Shown piece by piece: positions 60,456 to 64,000 of a stretch of 64,000 nucleotides of DNA; position 1 is the stretch's first letter, and every line of letters starts with the position of its first letter. Both the position numbers and the translations under genes were made by a program. Source of the DNA: an uncultured Spirochaetota bacterium (GTDB lineage: Bacteria; Spirochaetota; Spirochaetia; SZUA-6; CAVTHK01); NCBI GenBank assembly GCA_963734495.1, contig CAVTHK010000001.1:128001-192000 (forward strand), in the 5' to 3' direction. The notes under the pieces were generated by a model. The model searched no databases, was not told the DNA's origin, and saw only the letters and a program-made list of their open reading frames with translations.

Positions 60456-62135
60456 ATGGAAGTCGAGACCAACGTGACGCAGGCGCAGATCGAGGAGTAC
60501 ACGCGGCTGGGCTTCTGGGACCGGTGGACGCTCTGCGACTACATCAAGCGCTGGGGCGCGGCCCTCCCGGACAAGGTGGCGCTGGTCGATCGCAGGAAGA
60601 GGCTCACGTGGTCCCAGTACCGCCTGATGATGGACCGCATGGCTCTTCATTTCCTCGACCTGGGCATAGGCCACGGCGACCTGGTGATCGCCCAGATCCC
60701 CAACTCCGTCGAGGCCGTGGTCATCGAGTTCGCGCTGGCGCGCATCGGCGCCTGCGTCGTGCCCCTGCCCATGCCGTGGCGGGAGCACGAGCTGGATTTC
60801 GTGGTGAGCCAGACCGAGGCGTCGGCCCTGATCACGGTGGCCGAGTACCAGGGCTTCGATCACCTGGCCATGGCGAAGAACCTGCAGACCCGCCACGCGA
60901 GCGTCCGCCGGATCATGCTGCTGGGCGCGCCCGCGGACGGCGCGGTGTCGCTCACCGATCGCTGGGACAACCCCATCGAGGAGCAGCATCCCGAGGAGTA
61001 CCTGGACCGCAACTGCAGGGTCGACGCCAACCTGCCGCTGACCATGTGCTACACGTCCGGCACGGAAGCCCAGCCCAAGGGCTGCCCGAGGACCCACAAC
61101 CACTGGAAGTGCTTCGAGCGCTCGGGGTTCTTCCATCACCTCATGCAGAACATCGACGACCGCGTGGTCATGGCGCTGCCCTGGTTCAACCTCTTCGGCC
61201 AGTGCATCGGAATCCTGTCCATGGCCATGCTGGGAGGCACCCTGATCCTGCTGGACGGCTTCAACCCGGCCGTGATGGCCCAGACCATCGCCCAGGAGAA
61301 GGCCACCGTCTACGCCGGCGTGCCGGCAATGCACATCGCGCTGCTGAACTACCCCAAGCTCGGCGACTACGACCTGTCGTCGCTGCGGGCCGTGGCCAGC
61401 GGCGGGGCCCCCTGTCCCGTGGCGGTGATCGAGAGGATGATGAAGACCTACGGCTGCCTGATCTGGAACGGCTTCGGCTCCAACGAGGGCTACCTCAACG
61501 TGACGGAGCTCGGGATGGCGCCGCAGCTCGTATCGACCACCATGGGGATCCGCCAGCTTTACAGCGAGATCAAGATCGTCGACAAAGACGGCAACCGACT
61601 CGGCGTCGGCGAGATCGGCGAGTTCTGCCAGAAGGCTCCCTTCATCATGGCCGGCTATTTCAAGCGCCCTGACCTGAACAAGAAGAAGTGGGACAACGAA
61701 GGCTTCTACCACAGCGGCGACGGCGCCTTTATCGACCAGGACGGCTACTATCACTTCGTCAGCCGCATTGCCGACATCATCATCCGCTCGGGAATGAACA
61801 TCAGCGCCGAAGACGTCGAGAGCGTGCTCTACAGGCACCCCAAGGTGCTCAACGCGGCGGTCGTCGGCATGCCCGCCCAGCTGCTGGGCGAGCGGGTCTG
61901 CGCCTACGTCGAGCTCAAGGAAGGCGTGGAGACCTTGACCAAGAAAGAGGCTTGGGAGCTGATGGAGTCGGAGAAGGTGGCCCGCTACAAGTGGCCGGAT
62001 CGCGTGGAGATCATCAAGGCCCTGCCCCGCACGCCCACGGGCAAGGTGATCAAGAACCTGCTGCGCAAACAGATCGCCGAGAAGCTCGCGGCCGAGCGGG
62101 CGCAGAGAGGCTCGCAGGACGACGACGAAGCATAG
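60456..62135 (+). CDS. AMP-dependent acyl-CoA synthetase/ligase
   Basis: YTSGTEAQPKG, GFGSNEG, YHSGD, RSGMNIS, PRTPTGKV. Confidence 0.93.
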   Translation: MEVETNVTQAQIEEYTRLGFWDRWTLCDYIKRWGAALPDKVALVDRRKRLTWSQYRLMMDRMALHFLDLGIGHGDLVIAQIPNSVEAVVIEFALARIGACVVPLPMPWREHELDFVVSQTEASALITVAEYQGFDHLAMAKNLQTRHASVRRIMLLGAPADGAVSLTDRWDNPIEEQHPEEYLDRNCRVDANLPLTMCYTSGTEAQPKGCPRTHNHWKCFERSGFFHHLMQNIDDRVVMALPWFNLFGQCIGILSMAMLGGTLILLDGFNPAVMAQTIAQEKATVYAGVPAMHIALLNYPKLGDYDLSSLRAVASGGAPCPVAVIERMMKTYGCLIWNGFGSNEGYLNVTELGMAPQLVSTTMGIRQLYSEIKIVDKDGNRLGVGEIGEFCQKAPFIMAGYFKRPDLNKKKWDNEGFYHSGDGAFIDQDGYYHFVSRIADIIIRSGMNISAEDVESVLYRHPKVLNAAVVGMPAQLLGERVCAYVELKEGVETLTKKEAWELMESEKVARYKWPDRVEIIKALPRTPTGKVIKNLLRKQIAEKLAAERAQRGSQDDDEA

Positions 62136-62165
62136 ACCGGGCGCGGATCGCCGCGGCCGCGGCTC

Positions 62166-64000
62166 TCAGTCTCCCCGTCTGCCGGCCATCGCCTGCAGCC
62201 TGGCCGCGATCGTCTGATCATCGAGCAGGGCCGCGGATTCCAGGGCGCGGGACACGGGATTCGGGATGTCGAGGGAAGCGAGGCACCCGGGAGGGCCGTC
62301 CAGCTCGTCGAAGAATCGCCCGGTGATCTGCGCCGCGATCCGTTCTCCGATGGCCTGGCCGGCGGCCGCACCCTCCACGATCGCCACGGCGCCCGTCTTT
62401 CGCAGCGAGGCGCCGATCGTGTCCCAGTCGATGCTCGCCATATCGAGGCTTCTGAGGTCGATGATCTCCATGCTCACTCCCTGCGCCTCGAGCGCGGGGG
62501 CGAGCGCCTCCAGCCGTCCTACCATCGCCGAATAGGCGAGCACGGTGATGTCGCTGCCGGCGCGAACGATGCGCGCCTTCCCGAACGGGATGCAGTAGTC
62601 CAGATCGTTTTCGGGGATGGGAAACGACCGGGGGTACAGGCTGTAGTGCTCGAAAACGACGACGGGATCGAGCGAGTGCATCGCGGTGTTGAAGAGCCCG
62701 ACGTATTCGAAGGCATCGCTGGGAGCAACGATGCGCCAGCCGGAGAAGGCGGCGAACAGCCCGACCGGATCCATCGAGTGCTGGCCGCCGTACCCGAAGC
62801 CGGTGGAGACCCGCGTACGCAGCACCAGGGGAAGGTCGGTGGTCCCGCCGTACATGTGGCGCGCCTTGGCGATCTGGTTGAAGACCTGGTCCGCGGCAAC
62901 GAGCGTGAAGTCGGGGAACATGATCTCGATGATGGGTTTCGCGCCCGACATCGCGGCCCCGAGCCCCACGCCCGTGAAGCCGCATTCGGAAATCGGGGTG
63001 TTGATGAGCCGGCCCGGGAACCGCGCGGGCAGGCCCTTGGTGGCTCCGTAGGAACCGCCCCCGAAGTTGGCGACCTCTTCGCCGATCACGAAGACACGGG
63101 GATCCTTTTCCATCCAGCGTCCGGCCACCGCCGCGACGGCATCGGAGTACCGGATGTCGCGAAAGCGCGAGAAGTCCGACCGCTCGTGGTAGGCGAGGCC
63201 TTCGAGCTCCCTCGCCGAGCTGCGAAGCCCGGAGGCGACGCCGGCCTTGTCGGGCCACAATTCGACCCGCACCTGGAGCTTCTCGCCCCGGATGGCACAC
63301 AGGTCGACGGCCGTCTCGACCGCCGTTTCGGCCATGCCGCGGATTCGCGCTACGGCGGCGTCGGTGAGGAGGCCCGCCCGCACCAGGGATTCCGGATACC
63401 GGGAATACGCATCCCTGCTCAGCCACTCGGTCTCTTCTTCCTTGCTGCGGTAGCCGAACGCGCTCCCCTTGAGGTCCCCGCCATGGTGGTAGTGGCGGTA
63501 GCAGCGAGCCTCGACGAGGAAGGGTCCCTCGCCTGCCCGGATGCGGGAAGCGGCGTCGCGCATGCATGCGTAGACGCCGGGGACGTCGTAGCCGTGGACG
63601 ACGCGCCCGTGCATCGCCTTGGCGGCGGCGTGAATCGACAATTCGGGCACGGCACAGGCGTCTCTCACCGCCGTGGCGACCGCGTACTGGTTGTTCTCGA
63701 CGAAATAGACGATCGGAAGCTTCCACAGTCCCGCGAGGTTGGCGGCCTCGTGGAACGCACCCTGGTTGACGGCGCCGTCGCCAAAGAAGGCGACCACGAT
63801 ATGGCCGCTCCCCGCGCGCTTCGCTGCCAGGGCCGCGCCGGTAGCCAGAGGGATACCCCCTCCGACGATCGCGTTCGTGCCCAGGACACCCGACGCAATG
63901 TTGCGAAGATGCATGGAGCCGCCGCGGCCGCCGCAGTAGCCGGCCGCGAGCCCCATGATCTCCGCGAGTGTCCGGTTGACAACCTCCTGCCCTGCCGCCG
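62166..64000 (-). CDS. 2-oxoacid/acetoin dehydrogenase E1 alpha-beta fusion (5' end outside window)
   Basis: GGSMH, GDGAVNQG ThDP motif, then NTPISECG, GGQHS, IIDLRSL in one ORF. Confidence 0.9.
   Translation of the reverse strand, partial: AAGQEVVNRTLAEIMGLAAGYCGGRGGSMHLRNIASGVLGTNAIVGGGIPLATGAALAAKRAGSGHIVVAFFGDGAVNQGAFHEAANLAGLWKLPIVYFVENNQYAVATAVRDACAVPELSIHAAAKAMHGRVVHGYDVPGVYACMRDAASRIRAGEGPFLVEARCYRHYHHGGDLKGSAFGYRSKEEETEWLSRDAYSRYPESLVRAGLLTDAAVARIRGMAETAVETAVDLCAIRGEKLQVRVELWPDKAGVASGLRSSARELEGLAYHERSDFSRFRDIRYSDAVAAVAGRWMEKDPRVFVIGEEVANFGGGSYGATKGLPARFPGRLINTPISECGFTGVGLGAAMSGAKPIIEIMFPDFTLVAADQVFNQIAKARHMYGGTTDLPLVLRTRVSTGFGYGGQHSMDPVGLFAAFSGWRIVAPSDAFEYVGLFNTAMHSLDPVVVFEHYSLYPRSFPIPENDLDYCIPFGKARIVRAGSDITVLAYSAMVGRLEALAPALEAQGVSMEIIDLRSLDMASIDWDTIGASLRKTGAVAIVEGAAAGQAIGERIAAQITGRFFDELDGPPGCLASLDIPNPVSRALESAALLDDQTIAARLQAMAGRRGD

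Noticed and set aside
55710-61838. 2042-aa ORF
   Set aside because: N-terminal part is antisense to the CoA ligase; the real gene is 60293-56090 with one frameshift

Overview
GC-rich (about 70% by eye) bacterial chromosomal segment with about 50 protein-coding genes. No rRNA, tRNA, CRISPR array, transposase or phage gene was recognised. The solute-binding-protein signal peptides and the Firmicutes-like carbohydrate gene content at high GC suggest a free-living spirochaete (inference only). Contents in order: (1) a carbohydrate ABC locus with three SBP paralogues, a membrane-anchored AraC, dhaKL and an exported DJ-1; (2) GNAT, ECF sigma, a NarL-type two-component system and a flavoprotein; (3) mntH-usp and a His-rich exported protein paired with a Cys-rich regulator; (4) an Opp-type sugar ABC transporter with MFS, GH31 and a phosphodiesterase; (5) glnA, a TagF-like glycerophosphotransferase and a 963-aa YidC/LtaS-like fusion, the best candidate for an undescribed system; (6) cupin isomerase, DUF488, LysR-SPFH and an FAD oxidoreductase; (7) an ECF42-like sigma flanked by two YCII genes; (8) an orphan leader-peptide attenuator; (9) a Crp/Fnr-HMA-P1B ATPase module; (10) a CoA-activase-like protein, an acyl-CoA ligase and a fused E1 alpha/beta. 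About a dozen genes carry single-base frameshifts, most likely long-read errors. Two or three loci instead look like real internal-deletion remnants. All family calls come from motif recognition by eye, not from database searches.
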